Of a stretch of 64,000 nucleotides of DNA, positions 27,690 to 36,668 are shown in pieces (the first letter of the stretch is position 1; every line of letters starts with the position of its first letter). The DNA is from Parcubacteria group bacterium. GTDB taxonomy: Bacteria > Patescibacteriota > Minisyncoccia > Moranbacterales > UBA2206. Under the pieces are notes generated by a model. It was given only the letters and a program-made list of their open reading frames with translations, was not told the origin of the DNA and searched no databases. Position numbers and translations under genes: made by a program. The stretch lies in NCBI GenBank assembly GCA_041659505.1, contig JBAZYF010000001.1, forward strand, positions 412,933 through 476,932, read 5' to 3'.

Positions 27690-29369
27690 TTGCCCAAAAA
27701 AGGAAATGGTGATAGTTTTGTCATAGCTATGAGAAAATTTTTTTCCAAAATCGAACACTTGCTTGACACTACGTTTGAACAAAAAGTCGGTATTTTAAGC
27801 TGGCTTTTGGGATTTTCCGGCATCATCGCTTTACGGATATTTATTGATTTTTTCTTGGCATCGAAAGCGTTGCCGATCCCGCTCATCATTATTGAATATG
27901 TGCATAACTTTTTGTTTTTTTCTATCTCAATAATTTTTATCTGGCTCATTTTAAGTTTTTTTCTAACAGTTAATCCGCAAAAACTTTCCAAGCTACTCTT
28001 TTGGAGTCTTTGGGGAATTCTTTTGCCACCCTTGGTTGACATGCTCAAGACCGGCGGAGAAGTTTTCTGGAGTTTTTATGTCATTGGTGGACCGAAATTT
28101 CTAATTAGTCAATATCTTACTTTTCTTTCTGATCTGCCTTCGGGAATTGTCTATTTTGGCACTAAGGTCCTTTTTATGTTAGCTGTTATTTTTTCTGGTT
28201 TAGTGGTATATCTGAAAACAAAAAATTGGTGGCGGACAATTTTCTCTTCGCTTTTGGTTTATCTTGTGCTTTTTGTGATGGGTGCCGCACCATCATTGAT
28301 CAGCTTTGGTTATTATTTTTTCGACAAGACCAAAAGAGTATCGGAACTTCAGCCTTATCAAATTGTCCAGTTGTTTGCTTTTCCTACGCCGATCTTTGGG
28401 GTGATCTTTGATAATTTAGAATATTCCTTTCCCTATAATCTGCAATTGGTGCTTTTTCCATTCCTACTAATGGCATTGGGATGTCTCTTTTTTGCTTCGG
28501 ATCGGCTAAAATTTATGGCGCTTGTGAAAAATTTTCGATTACCGCAGATAATTTATCACGCTGGTCTTTTTTTTGTCGGCTTAGGTTTGGCTGCTTGGAT
28601 TTACCGATCTAATTTTTCACTCAATCTGTTTTCGATTTTTGCCGCATTTGATTTGCTTTTTTGCGTGATTTTGGCCTGGGCTGCCTCCGTTGTCCCCAAT
28701 GATTTGGCAGATACGCAAGTTGATTCTATATCAAATCCACATAGGCCGCTTCAGCAAGAAATTATTTCACGAGAGCTTTATAGCGAAATTGGCTGGGTCT
28801 TGTTTTTTTTGTCAATTTTTGGTGCACTTTTGGTCAATGTGAAGTTTGCTGCTTTACTTTTGGTTTACCAATTTTTGGCTTTCACTTATTCTGCTTGGCC
28901 CTACCGATTGAAACGCTTTATTTTTGTGGCTAGTTTTGTGAGTGCCTGTGCTTCACTTATTATTTTTTTTAGCGGATTTGCGCTGGTTTCTGGTGATCAA
29001 AATATCCAAGGACTTCCTTGGCGGGTGATTTTTCTCTTGCTTTTTTGCTATACAGTTTCTTTGCCAATTAAGGATTTCAAAGATATTGCTGGGGACGCTC
29101 GTGATGGAGTGAGGACGGTGCCGGTGGTTTTTGGCGAAGAAAAAGGACGGATCATTGTGGCTTCTGGTTTTTTTATTTCTTTTATATTGAGCGTTTTCCT
29201 GCTCAATGAGAAGCGTCTTTTTTGGTGGGCGCTTCTTTTTGGCAGTTTAGCTTTCATTATTATGACCAACAAAAAAATCCACCCGCGGAAAGTTTTTTGG
29301 TGGATTTTGGCTGTTGTTTCTCTGTACGGAATGATTTTGGTCAAAGTGGCTTTTGAGTTGACTTTTTAG
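27690..29369 (+). CDS. UbiA-family prenyltransferase with a ~330-aa N-terminal polytopic membrane extension
   Basis: The C-terminal half carries the two Asp-rich motifs NDLADTQVD and KDFKDIAGDARDG. The whole protein is hydrophobic. Confidence 0.7.
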   Translation: MPKKGNGDSFVIAMRKFFSKIEHLLDTTFEQKVGILSWLLGFSGIIALRIFIDFFLASKALPIPLIIIEYVHNFLFFSISIIFIWLILSFFLTVNPQKLSKLLFWSLWGILLPPLVDMLKTGGEVFWSFYVIGGPKFLISQYLTFLSDLPSGIVYFGTKVLFMLAVIFSGLVVYLKTKNWWRTIFSSLLVYLVLFVMGAAPSLISFGYYFFDKTKRVSELQPYQIVQLFAFPTPIFGVIFDNLEYSFPYNLQLVLFPFLLMALGCLFFASDRLKFMALVKNFRLPQIIYHAGLFFVGLGLAAWIYRSNFSLNLFSIFAAFDLLFCVILAWAASVVPNDLADTQVDSISNPHRPLQQEIISRELYSEIGWVLFFLSIFGALLVNVKFAALLLVYQFLAFTYSAWPYRLKRFIFVASFVSACASLIIFFSGFALVSGDQNIQGLPWRVIFLLLFCYTVSLPIKDFKDIAGDARDGVRTVPVVFGEEKGRIIVASGFFISFILSVFLLNEKRLFWWALLFGSLAFIIMTNKKIHPRKVFWWILAVVSLYGMILVKVAFELTF

Positions 29370-29588
29370 GTGATTTCTGCAAAAATAGAAAATCAACAAC
29401 AGAGAGTGAGAATGAATAGTAGCTTAAAAATGCAAGGGGGTGTAAATATGCAATGGGAATATCTCGTCTATTACTGGATTGAGGGCAGTCTTCAGGAAAA
29501 GTTGAATGAATTTGGCCGGGACGGCTGGGAGTTGGTTGGTCTTAGTCTTAGCGGCGGGTATGTTTTTAAGCGGCCCATGGTGTTATGA
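29370..29588 (+). CDS. Small hypothetical protein (possible DUF4177-like)
   Basis: 72-aa ORF directly after the UbiA gene, with ...MQWEYLVYYW...GRDGWELVGLS... An internal start at 29446 is possible. Confidence 0.3.
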   Translation: MISAKIENQQQRVRMNSSLKMQGGVNMQWEYLVYYWIEGSLQEKLNEFGRDGWELVGLSLSGGYVFKRPMVL

Positions 29589-29620
29589 AAAAAACTTAAT
29601 GCTATAAAAACAATAAAAAA

Positions 29621-29649
29621 GGGAGCTTCAAACGCTAGGTTCCCTTTTT
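29621..29649. terminator. Bidirectional intrinsic terminator between convergent genes
   Basis: AAAAAAGGGAGC-ttcaaacgctag-GTTCCCTTTTTTC: a GC stem flanked by A/T runs on both sides. Confidence 0.55.
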
Positions 29650-29658
29650 TCTTATGGC

Positions 29659-30513
29659 TTAAAACAAATTAGAGAGTTTTTTCCAATTCTCTAAGCTTAA
29701 TTCTTGCGCACGTTGGCTTGGTAGGATTCTAAGGCTTTTTAATTTTTCTTCCACCAAGGCTTTCTCTAATTTTAGACTCGCAGAAAGATTATTAGCTAGT
29801 GTTTTTCGTTTCGCCGAGAATCCGGCTTTGACAATCCTAAAGAACTTTTTAATTTCTTCTTTGTTTCTTGCTTCGCCCGTCGGAGCTTTAGCGTAGGAGG
29901 GTTTTTTAATCCTTGTTAGCCTAATCACTGCACTATCCACTTCCGGAACAGGAAAAAAAGCTGTTTTTGGTACAGCGAAAAGCAATTCAGCGTCGGTATA
30001 ATATTGCACAGAAAGCGCCAGAATACTCATCTTTCCCGCTTTCGCGCAAATTCGCTCGGCCACTTCTTTTTGCACCATGAGAAGCATTTCTTTTGGTGGA
30101 TAAGCTGTTTCTAAGAATAATCTAATGATTGGCGAGGTGATATAGTAAGGAATATTGGCAACGACTTTATAGTTTGTAAAATTATTTTGTTTTAACATCT
30201 CTGGCAAATTTATTTCCAATATATCGCCCACAATAAGGGAAGATTTATTTTTAAAATTTAAAATTAAATCATTAGAAATTGATTGAAAATTGAAAATTGA
30301 AAATTGAAAATTGCGAGCCGTATTCTCTGCCAAATGGCTATCCTTTTCTACCATTATTAATTTTCCAACCCGTCTAGCAAGTTCTGTGGAGAGTGCTCCT
30401 TCCCCGGGACCAACTTCAATCACTAAATCATCCGCCGTTAAATTGGCGGATTTTATGATTTTATCCAGGACTTCTTTATCTCTGAGAAAATTTTGACCTA
30501 ATCTTGATGGCAT
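29659..30513 (-). CDS. rsmA: 16S rRNA (adenine1518-N6/adenine1519-N6)-dimethyltransferase
   Basis: MPSRLGQNFLRDKEVLDKII...VIEVGPGEGALSTELA (SAM-binding). Contains a lineage-specific low-complexity insert encoded by the (GAAAATT)n repeat. Confidence 0.88.
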   Translation of the reverse strand: MPSRLGQNFLRDKEVLDKIIKSANLTADDLVIEVGPGEGALSTELARRVGKLIMVEKDSHLAENTARNFQFSIFNFQSISNDLILNFKNKSSLIVGDILEINLPEMLKQNNFTNYKVVANIPYYITSPIIRLFLETAYPPKEMLLMVQKEVAERICAKAGKMSILALSVQYYTDAELLFAVPKTAFFPVPEVDSAVIRLTRIKKPSYAKAPTGEARNKEEIKKFFRIVKAGFSAKRKTLANNLSASLKLEKALVEEKLKSLRILPSQRAQELSLENWKKLSNLF

Positions 30514-30517
30514 AATA

Positions 30518-31471
30518 TTAATTTAAAACTTCCTCCACTTTAACCCCGATTACTCCCGCACCGAGTGAAGCGATTTTCGCAAAAGCGACTTTGTCAAGAT
30601 CGATGATTCTGCCTTTGCCCTGAGGTCCGTAGTCATTGATCTGGACCATAACTGATTTGCCATTGGCGGTGTTGGTCACTTTAGCATATCCGCCTCTGGC
30701 GATGGTTGTGCTGGCGGCGAATAATCCGCCTTTGAAGGCATACCAAGTGCCTTGGCCTTTCTTGGCTTCTCCGGTTTTCACATAAGTGCCTTGGACAACA
30801 ACTTCAGTCACGGGTTCTTTGGTAATGTTTTTCTCCAGAACAACACGGGAAACTTCTTTTCCATCTTTGTAGGTGATTTTGTATTTTACTTCACGGATGC
30901 CTTTTTGTCCAGCGATTTCCACTTTTTTTTCTCTCCAGCATAGCTTGCTGTCGGTTTTCTCGGTGGTCTTAAACGCAATATCTTCCGGAATGACTTTCTC
31001 TTCTACATTGATGCGAGTAACAGTAATTTCTAGATTATCCATAAGGGGGCTATTTTTATCTGGGGTAGTTTTGTCTAATCGTCCCAAAGTGACATTGTTT
31101 TCAGCTAGAGCGAGGACTAAATTATTTGCGAGAGTGTGGTTTTCAATTTTTTTGCCATCGACGAGGATTTTTATTTTGGCTGCGCGACGGATTTGCATGC
31201 TTGTTCCCGGAAGAAGCGTGCTAGACCTGTCTGGCAGGATCTCATCATAGTCAGAAAGAATAATTTTTTGTTCCGAGAGGAAGTTATCCACAGTCTGCGC
31301 ACTGCTAAATTTCCTTGATTCAAGCCCATTATCGTATAAGGTGACTAATTTTGGTTGATTTTCAAAAGATAGCTCTCTTTTTGGGGAATGAAAAAAAAGT
31401 TTCCATAAAATGAGCATTATGAAAGCGAAAAGAAGCAGTTTAACGAAGGTTTTTAGAGATTTTTGGAGCAT
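30518..31471 (-). CDS. YabE-like cell-wall protein (DUF348 x2 + G5 + 3D domains)
   Basis: N-terminal TM. The G5-like block ...KKVEIAGQKGIREVKYKITYKDGKEVSRVV... and the C-terminal 3D domain ...VMVQINDYGPQGKGRIIDLDKVAFAKI. The Bacillus-like synteny yabE-ksgA is conserved. Confidence 0.78.
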   Translation of the reverse strand: MLQKSLKTFVKLLLFAFIMLILWKLFFHSPKRELSFENQPKLVTLYDNGLESRKFSSAQTVDNFLSEQKIILSDYDEILPDRSSTLLPGTSMQIRRAAKIKILVDGKKIENHTLANNLVLALAENNVTLGRLDKTTPDKNSPLMDNLEITVTRINVEEKVIPEDIAFKTTEKTDSKLCWREKKVEIAGQKGIREVKYKITYKDGKEVSRVVLEKNITKEPVTEVVVQGTYVKTGEAKKGQGTWYAFKGGLFAASTTIARGGYAKVTNTANGKSVMVQINDYGPQGKGRIIDLDKVAFAKIASLGAGVIGVKVEEVLN

Positions 31472-31478
31472 TTATATT

Positions 31479-31642
31479 TATATCCCCTTCGCCCTCCGGG
31501 TGAAGGTGGCCGAAGGCCGGATGAGGGCAAGGGCGTTAAGTTAAGAAAATACTAAATTAGTATAGTTTATTCTCAATCCATAACCCTTGCCCTCACCTGT
31601 CACGAGTACGTGACATCCTCTCCCGAAGGACGCGGAGGCTAT
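31479..31642 (+). repeat. Composite palindromic intergenic repeat, full copy (A - spacer - B)
   Basis: A at 31479-31535, spacer, then B at 31584-31642 with inner hairpin GTCACGAGTACGTGAC. It fills the intergenic space between the yabE-like start and the comM stop. Confidence 0.8.
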
Positions 31643-31647
31643 TTTAG

Positions 31648-33174
31648 TTATTCACTCTTAAACCGATACTGAATTGCCTCAGCGATGTGTGATGGCTTAA
31701 TGCTTTCCTCATCTTCCAGGTCAGCAATCGTTCTGGCGACTTTTATGATCCGGAAATAGGCGCGGGCGCTAAGGTAGAAGCGGGAAAGGGCGTTTTTCAT
31801 CAGTTCCGCTCCAGCTGAGTCTAGCTGGCAATATTTTTTGATCTGCTCACTTTCCATTTCACTGTTAGAAACAATTTTGGAACCTGCGAAACGTTCCTTT
31901 TGAATTTTGCGGGCTTTTTCTACGCGCAAGCGGATACTCTCAGAATTTTCTTGTTGGCTGTTTTCGGCCAATTTTTCAAATTTTAACCGGGGCACTTCAA
32001 TATGTAGATCGATGCGATCCAGGATCGGTCCGGAAATTTTGGCTTGGTAGCGAATGATATTGGCCGGACTGCAGGAGCAAGCTTTTTCCGGGTCAGTGGC
32101 GTTGCCACAAGGACAAGGATTCATTGCCGCGACAAGGGTAAAGCGAGCGGGAAATTCCAATGTGCCCTGAGCGCGGGAGATCGTGATGATGCCGTTTTCT
32201 AGTGGTTGGCGCAGATTTTCCAGGACGGAGCGAGAGAATTCTGAGAATTCGTCCAAAAATAAGATGCCGCGATGAGCAAGGCTGATTTCACCTGGTCGCG
32301 GAAATGTTCCACCTCCAACCAAAGAGGCGGCGCTGGCACTATGATGCGGCGAACGGAACTGTCTTTTAGTGATCAGGCTATTTTCTTTAGGTAAATAGCC
32401 GGCGACAGAAAAGATTTTTGTCACTTCCAATGCTTCAGAGACAGTTAATCGTGGTAAAATCGAGGCCATTGTTTTGGCAAGTAGAGTTTTTCCTGATCCG
32501 GGCGGACCGCTAAGGAGGATATTATGCGCACCGGCCGAAGCGATTTCTAGCGCTCTTTTGGCGTGTTCTTGGCCTTTGATATTTCGCATATCATAAAGAT
32601 GACTATTCTCTTCGAAAAGTTTTTCCAGGTCGGTCTTGGGGTAAAAATCTAGCGTGGCTATGTTTTCCAGGTGGCTGAGTAATTCTTTGAGTGTAGATAC
32701 GGCAATGATGTTTATGCCTTCGATGATTGACGCTTCTTTAGCGTTTTCTAGAGGAACAAAAAGAGTTTCGATTCCTTTTTCTTTGGCAAGGAGTGCGACG
32801 AGCAGTACGCCCTTCACAGGCCTGATTCTGCCGTCTAAGGATAGCTCACCGATAAAAAGCTTGTTTGTGTGATCAAAAGAGATTTGCTTGCTAGCCAGCA
32901 AAAATCCTAGTGCGATCGGCAAATCATAGAGCGGACCGACTTTCGGCAGATCCGCCGGAGCAAGATTGACTGTGATTCGTCCGCAACGATGCGGAGCGAT
33001 TAGCGCGCTGTTTTTTATGGCAGAGCTGACGCGATCTTGCGATTCTTTGATAGCCGTGTCTGGTAGACCGACAATATTGAAGCGATGCATTCCAGCAGCA
33101 ACTGTGTCTACTTCTACTTCAACGAGCGCGCTTTTGAGCCCGATAACAGCGGCGGAAAAAACTTTTGAAGCCAT
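31648..33174 (-). CDS. comM: Mg-chelatase-like AAA+ protein ComM/YifB
   Basis: 508 aa. The N-terminal Lon-like MASKVFSAAVIGLKSALVEVEVD, Walker A LLSGPPGSGKTLLAK, and a C-terminal ChlI-like domain. Confidence 0.9.
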   Translation of the reverse strand: MASKVFSAAVIGLKSALVEVEVDTVAAGMHRFNIVGLPDTAIKESQDRVSSAIKNSALIAPHRCGRITVNLAPADLPKVGPLYDLPIALGFLLASKQISFDHTNKLFIGELSLDGRIRPVKGVLLVALLAKEKGIETLFVPLENAKEASIIEGINIIAVSTLKELLSHLENIATLDFYPKTDLEKLFEENSHLYDMRNIKGQEHAKRALEIASAGAHNILLSGPPGSGKTLLAKTMASILPRLTVSEALEVTKIFSVAGYLPKENSLITKRQFRSPHHSASAASLVGGGTFPRPGEISLAHRGILFLDEFSEFSRSVLENLRQPLENGIITISRAQGTLEFPARFTLVAAMNPCPCGNATDPEKACSCSPANIIRYQAKISGPILDRIDLHIEVPRLKFEKLAENSQQENSESIRLRVEKARKIQKERFAGSKIVSNSEMESEQIKKYCQLDSAGAELMKNALSRFYLSARAYFRIIKVARTIADLEDEESIKPSHIAEAIQYRFKSE

Positions 33175-33176
33175 AT

Positions 33177-33641
33177 TTATTTTTTGTTAAACTTTAATAT
33201 CAGGAGAAAAGCTCCTAAGCAGATAAAAATATCCGCTAGATTAAAAACTGGCCAAACCCTCAGATCGATGAAATCAATCACGCAACCATTATACAGGCGA
33301 TCGAGCAAATTTGAAATAGCACCGGAAAGAATGAGGACAAGGGGATAATTTAAAATTTTAAATTTAAAATTTGAATTCAATTTAAAATTATTAAATTTAA
33401 TAATTTCTAATTCATTGAAAATTTTAAATTTCAAATTTAAAATTAAAAAACTAGCAAAAGCAAGAATAGCGATAATAAGTCCTATTATTAGCCAATTTGG
33501 TAGGTTTATTCCAAACGCAATGCCCTTGTTACAAATATAAAATCCGCCCGAAGAGCGGATGATATATTTAGCTGACTGATCAATAAAAATCAGTAAGATT
33601 GTGAGCAAAAATATTTTTTTATTCGCAGATTCGCATTTCAT
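33177..33641 (-). CDS. lspA: Lipoprotein signal peptidase II
   Basis: 154 aa, 4 TM. The conserved C-terminal NLADIFICLGAFLLI. Carries an AT-rich low-complexity insertion (KF-rich) at 33350-33440. Confidence 0.78.
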   Translation of the reverse strand: MKCESANKKIFLLTILLIFIDQSAKYIIRSSGGFYICNKGIAFGINLPNWLIIGLIIAILAFASFLILNLKFKIFNELEIIKFNNFKLNSNFKFKILNYPLVLILSGAISNLLDRLYNGCVIDFIDLRVWPVFNLADIFICLGAFLLILKFNKK

Positions 33642-33660
33642 TCGTAGTTTCGAATCGGAT

Positions 33661-34008
33661 TTAGCATTTAATGCAGGTCTTGGCGCTAGGATTAGCTTTT
33701 AGCCTTTCGATGTCAATTTCTTTTTGGCAATTTTCACAAAGGCCATAGGTGCCTTTTTCCATCCGGTCTAGTGCACTAATCACTTCTTGCAAATTTTTCT
33801 CGAGAGTTATTTCCACAGGTAAATTGTCTGTATATTGTTCGACTTCGGTCGTGTTGTCTTCGCGGTCAGCCCCGACTTCGCCAAAGGTGGTTTCATAATC
33901 CCCTTTTTCTTTGTCGACTGGTCTCGCTATGCGCGCCAAATTTTCTTCTAGCTCTGCCTTTTCTTTTAATAAAAGAGCCTTAAGCTCATCTTGAACATTC
34001 TTCTCCAT
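33661..34008 (-). CDS. DksA/TraR-family C4 zinc-finger protein
   Basis: N-terminal coiled-coil; C-terminal CENCQKEIDIERLKANPSAKTCIKC (C4 finger). Confidence 0.75.
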   Translation of the reverse strand: MEKNVQDELKALLLKEKAELEENLARIARPVDKEKGDYETTFGEVGADREDNTTEVEQYTDNLPVEITLEKNLQEVISALDRMEKGTYGLCENCQKEIDIERLKANPSAKTCIKC

Positions 34009-34089
34009 TTGATTAGTTTAATTGGTTATATTTGCGACGATTATATGTTAGCAAAAAAATCGAGACTTGTCTATTATTGATAATTTGAG

Positions 34090-34506
34090 CTAGATTGACC
34101 TTATGTGTTTTATTTTGGCTCTTCTCGTTATTTCATTGATCCAAACTGCAATCACATCAAAGCGATAATCGCAGGCAGTGAGATTGTTTTGCTTTAGGTA
34201 AAAATAAGCGATTTTGTCCAGCTTTTGCATCTTATGATAGTTGACGTTTTCTTCCGGATTGGTATTTTTGAATTTTTGCATCTCACGAGATTTTACTTCG
34301 ACAAAAACCAGCTCGTCTTTTGCCTTATCTTTCGCGATAATGTCAATTTCTCCCAAGCGGCGTCCGCTGGGATTGGCATAATTTAGAGCAATAATCTCGT
34401 AGCCTTTATTTCGGAGATAGTTGGCGGAGATGGTTTCGCCCAAGTTTCCTAGTGATTTTTTGGGTGTGATGGTCATGTTTCTAGTATAGCAAGAATTTTC
34501 AGTCAA
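34090..34506 (-). CDS. UPF0102/YraN-family endonuclease-like protein
   Basis: ...KSLGNLGETISANYLRNKGYEIIALNY...GEIDIIAKDKAKDELVFVEVKSRE... matches YraN. The start is probably the internal ATG at 34476. Confidence 0.72.
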   Translation of the reverse strand: MTENSCYTRNMTITPKKSLGNLGETISANYLRNKGYEIIALNYANPSGRRLGEIDIIAKDKAKDELVFVEVKSREMQKFKNTNPEENVNYHKMQKLDKIAYFYLKQNNLTACDYRFDVIAVWINEITRRAKIKHIRSI

Positions 34507-34948
34507 ACAAAAAACACCCTTTCTTTGGTGCTTGTTTTTGTTTAATTGTTAATACTTTTTTCCACTGGTTTCGATAAGGTATGGAAACCAGTGGGCTCAA
34601 CACCCAATAATAAATAAATTTGGCGAGAACCCACCGGTGTTTGTCATGTAACAACATGCAACACGGAAACATTTTTCGAGGGTGAGTTCGATTGTGTTAA
34701 ATGATGTGCATGTACTATGTCTACATAACGCAAGATTATCCTTAATCTGACGCTTTTTGGCTTAAGAATTTTGTTTTACCATTCTCTGGTGAATTTATCA
34801 CCTTTGAATTTGAAGGTACTGTGCTAGAATTTTCTAGCGTTTTTTAATTTTTGTTTTTTATTTTTACAAAAATTTTTGTTTTTATTTTTAGGGTCTCTGA
34901 TGTCAGAAATCAGAGCGGCCATCGCTCGTTGGCGACAACACTTGAACA

Positions 34949-35020
34949 GTAAAACAATTTTCAATCGCAGATAGGGGGAAATTGCGATTGAAAATTGTTT
35001 TACCGTTTTTCTCTCGTGTT
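34949..35020 (+). terminator. Very strong intrinsic terminator-like hairpin (perfect 21-bp stem, 13-nt loop, then T-run) in the middle of a 770-bp ORF-free region
   Basis: GTAAAACAATTTTCAATCGCA-gatagggggaaat-TGCGATTGAAAATTGTTTTAC followed by cgTTTTTCTCTCGTGTTTTT. No plus-strand ORF lies upstream, so it may terminate a non-coding transcript from about 34520-34950. Confidence 0.45.
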
Positions 35021-35276
35021 TTTAATGTTCAATATATTTATTATAGCAGGAAAAAAGCTCTTGGTCAATGGTAGAAATCATTAGGCTTAAATGGGGCACT
35101 GTTTGCATCGGGCTATTTTTTGAAAATTCTATTTTGGTTTCATTTAGTGGCCTGTTTTATAAAGTAATTTACTTTATAAATCTTAGGATAAGCCATTGTT
35201 TATCAATCATGTGACTGTTTGGAGTGTCTGGCTCCTGTTCATATCGCGGCATTGTAAATCTATCTTTTTAGCCAGG

Positions 35277-36491
35277 CTAATTTGCAGTATCAGAAGTTGT
35301 AATTTTATCGATAATTGCAAACATTGTCGCCTTGGTAACTCCTAGATAAAGATTATTTCCATAAAAGCTGTAGTCGATAGAGAGATTATCTGGAGAAATT
35401 ATGTTTTGATAGCGAATGTTTACTCCTGAATAGGTAGTACTGAGAAATGGTCTGGTATTGTCGTAGGAATTTTGAGTAAAAAAGAGCGGATTGACCTCAT
35501 CAGCAAGATCTTTTTCCTCTTGTAAGAGTACTTTTGCAAGATTGATGTTGTCCCGTGATTCGATTGATAATCCTATTTTTGGCATTGAGGCATCATTGTG
35601 GATATATAGGCTGAATTTGTCACCCAAAAGAGCCATAAGTGCAGGGGAGAATTTCAGGCCCATTAGATCGGAAAAAGTCTTGAAATTAAGTGGTTTGTTT
35701 TGAGCATCTGTCACGATGAATTCAATTGGAGCTGTGTAATTTCCCAAGGAGACTTTTCGCATGTATTGTTCTAGGGTAGCTTTGATTTTTTTTGGGTCAA
35801 AATCAGATGTTTCTAATCGGAGATAATTAGGGCTTGTTTGTGAGTAAGATAGGGTTACTGGTTGCTCTGGTTCTTTGTTTTGGTTTTGTATTTCTGGTTT
35901 TGCAGTATTTTTTATGAGGGGCAAAGTGATTTTATCAAAAGGGTTGAAATTATTATCGCGATAATAGCTAAGGCCGATCCAGCTCAAGAGAATAAGAAGG
36001 ATTGAGGAGAAAATAGAAAAAAAGATCAGGCGCCAACTACGATGAGTAATAGAGTACTCTTTTACCATCGATGGAGTCGGTTTTAATTTGGAAGAAGTAG
36101 TAGGTATTTCTGGTTCAAATCTTTTCTGTGCTCGTGTGACTGTCATTGGATCATTATTTTCAACAGATTTTGTTCTTTTTGCGATATTTGCTATCAAGTC
36201 ATCTGGTTGAAGTTTGTCATCCGTGACAATAATTCCGCTTAGGGGATTTTTGTCGGCCAAATTAGAGAGTGGGCTGTTGCTTTGTTTATGAGGCAAGGGA
36301 GTTTGATTGGGTTGGTCGCTTTTTTCTTCACCCACAATCATTTTATGGTTGATGCCGGGAAGCTTCAGGTCTTCTTGCATTGTATATATCGGTGCCTCAT
36401 CAACATTAAAAGCTGAAGGTATCGCCTGATCTTCGAAATTATTTTTTTTTGCTGATTGATCTGGAGAAACTTTTTTTGTAAAACCGAACAT
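35277..36491 (-). CDS. Hypothetical protein with a central transmembrane helix
   Basis: 404 aa. Pro/Ser-rich N-terminal half, TM (WRLIFFSIFSSILLILLSWIGLSYY), then a C-terminal extracytoplasmic domain. Confidence 0.45.
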   Translation of the reverse strand: MFGFTKKVSPDQSAKKNNFEDQAIPSAFNVDEAPIYTMQEDLKLPGINHKMIVGEEKSDQPNQTPLPHKQSNSPLSNLADKNPLSGIIVTDDKLQPDDLIANIAKRTKSVENNDPMTVTRAQKRFEPEIPTTSSKLKPTPSMVKEYSITHRSWRLIFFSIFSSILLILLSWIGLSYYRDNNFNPFDKITLPLIKNTAKPEIQNQNKEPEQPVTLSYSQTSPNYLRLETSDFDPKKIKATLEQYMRKVSLGNYTAPIEFIVTDAQNKPLNFKTFSDLMGLKFSPALMALLGDKFSLYIHNDASMPKIGLSIESRDNINLAKVLLQEEKDLADEVNPLFFTQNSYDNTRPFLSTTYSGVNIRYQNIISPDNLSIDYSFYGNNLYLGVTKATMFAIIDKITTSDTAN

Positions 36492-36589
36492 TTTTTTATT
36501 CTATCCCTAGCCACTTTATTCAGAAGGTTATATTTGTGGTCAGTGGACTTTTTTTAAATTTATTTATATACAAAGGGGATGATTATTGT

Positions 36590-36635
36590 GGGATTGAAAA
36601 AAGAATAAAATAGAAGCGGAAATCATCCGCTTCTA
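36590..36635 (-). terminator. Intrinsic terminator of pnp
   Basis: Hairpin ATAGAAGCGGA-aatcat-CCGCTTCTAT, followed on the minus strand by TTTTATTCTTTTTT. Confidence 0.55.
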
Positions 36636-36668
36636 TTATAAAACATAATTCAATTTTTGACCAATTTA

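Noticed and set aside
34507-35276. Assigning the ORF-free region specifically to RNase P RNA or tmRNA
   Set aside because: I could not find the P4 consensus segments (GGAAAGTCCGG / ACAGAACCCGGCTTA), a tRNA-like 3' end with a tag reading frame ending in a stop, or a CCA-terminated acceptor. It is left as an unclassified ncRNA candidate.
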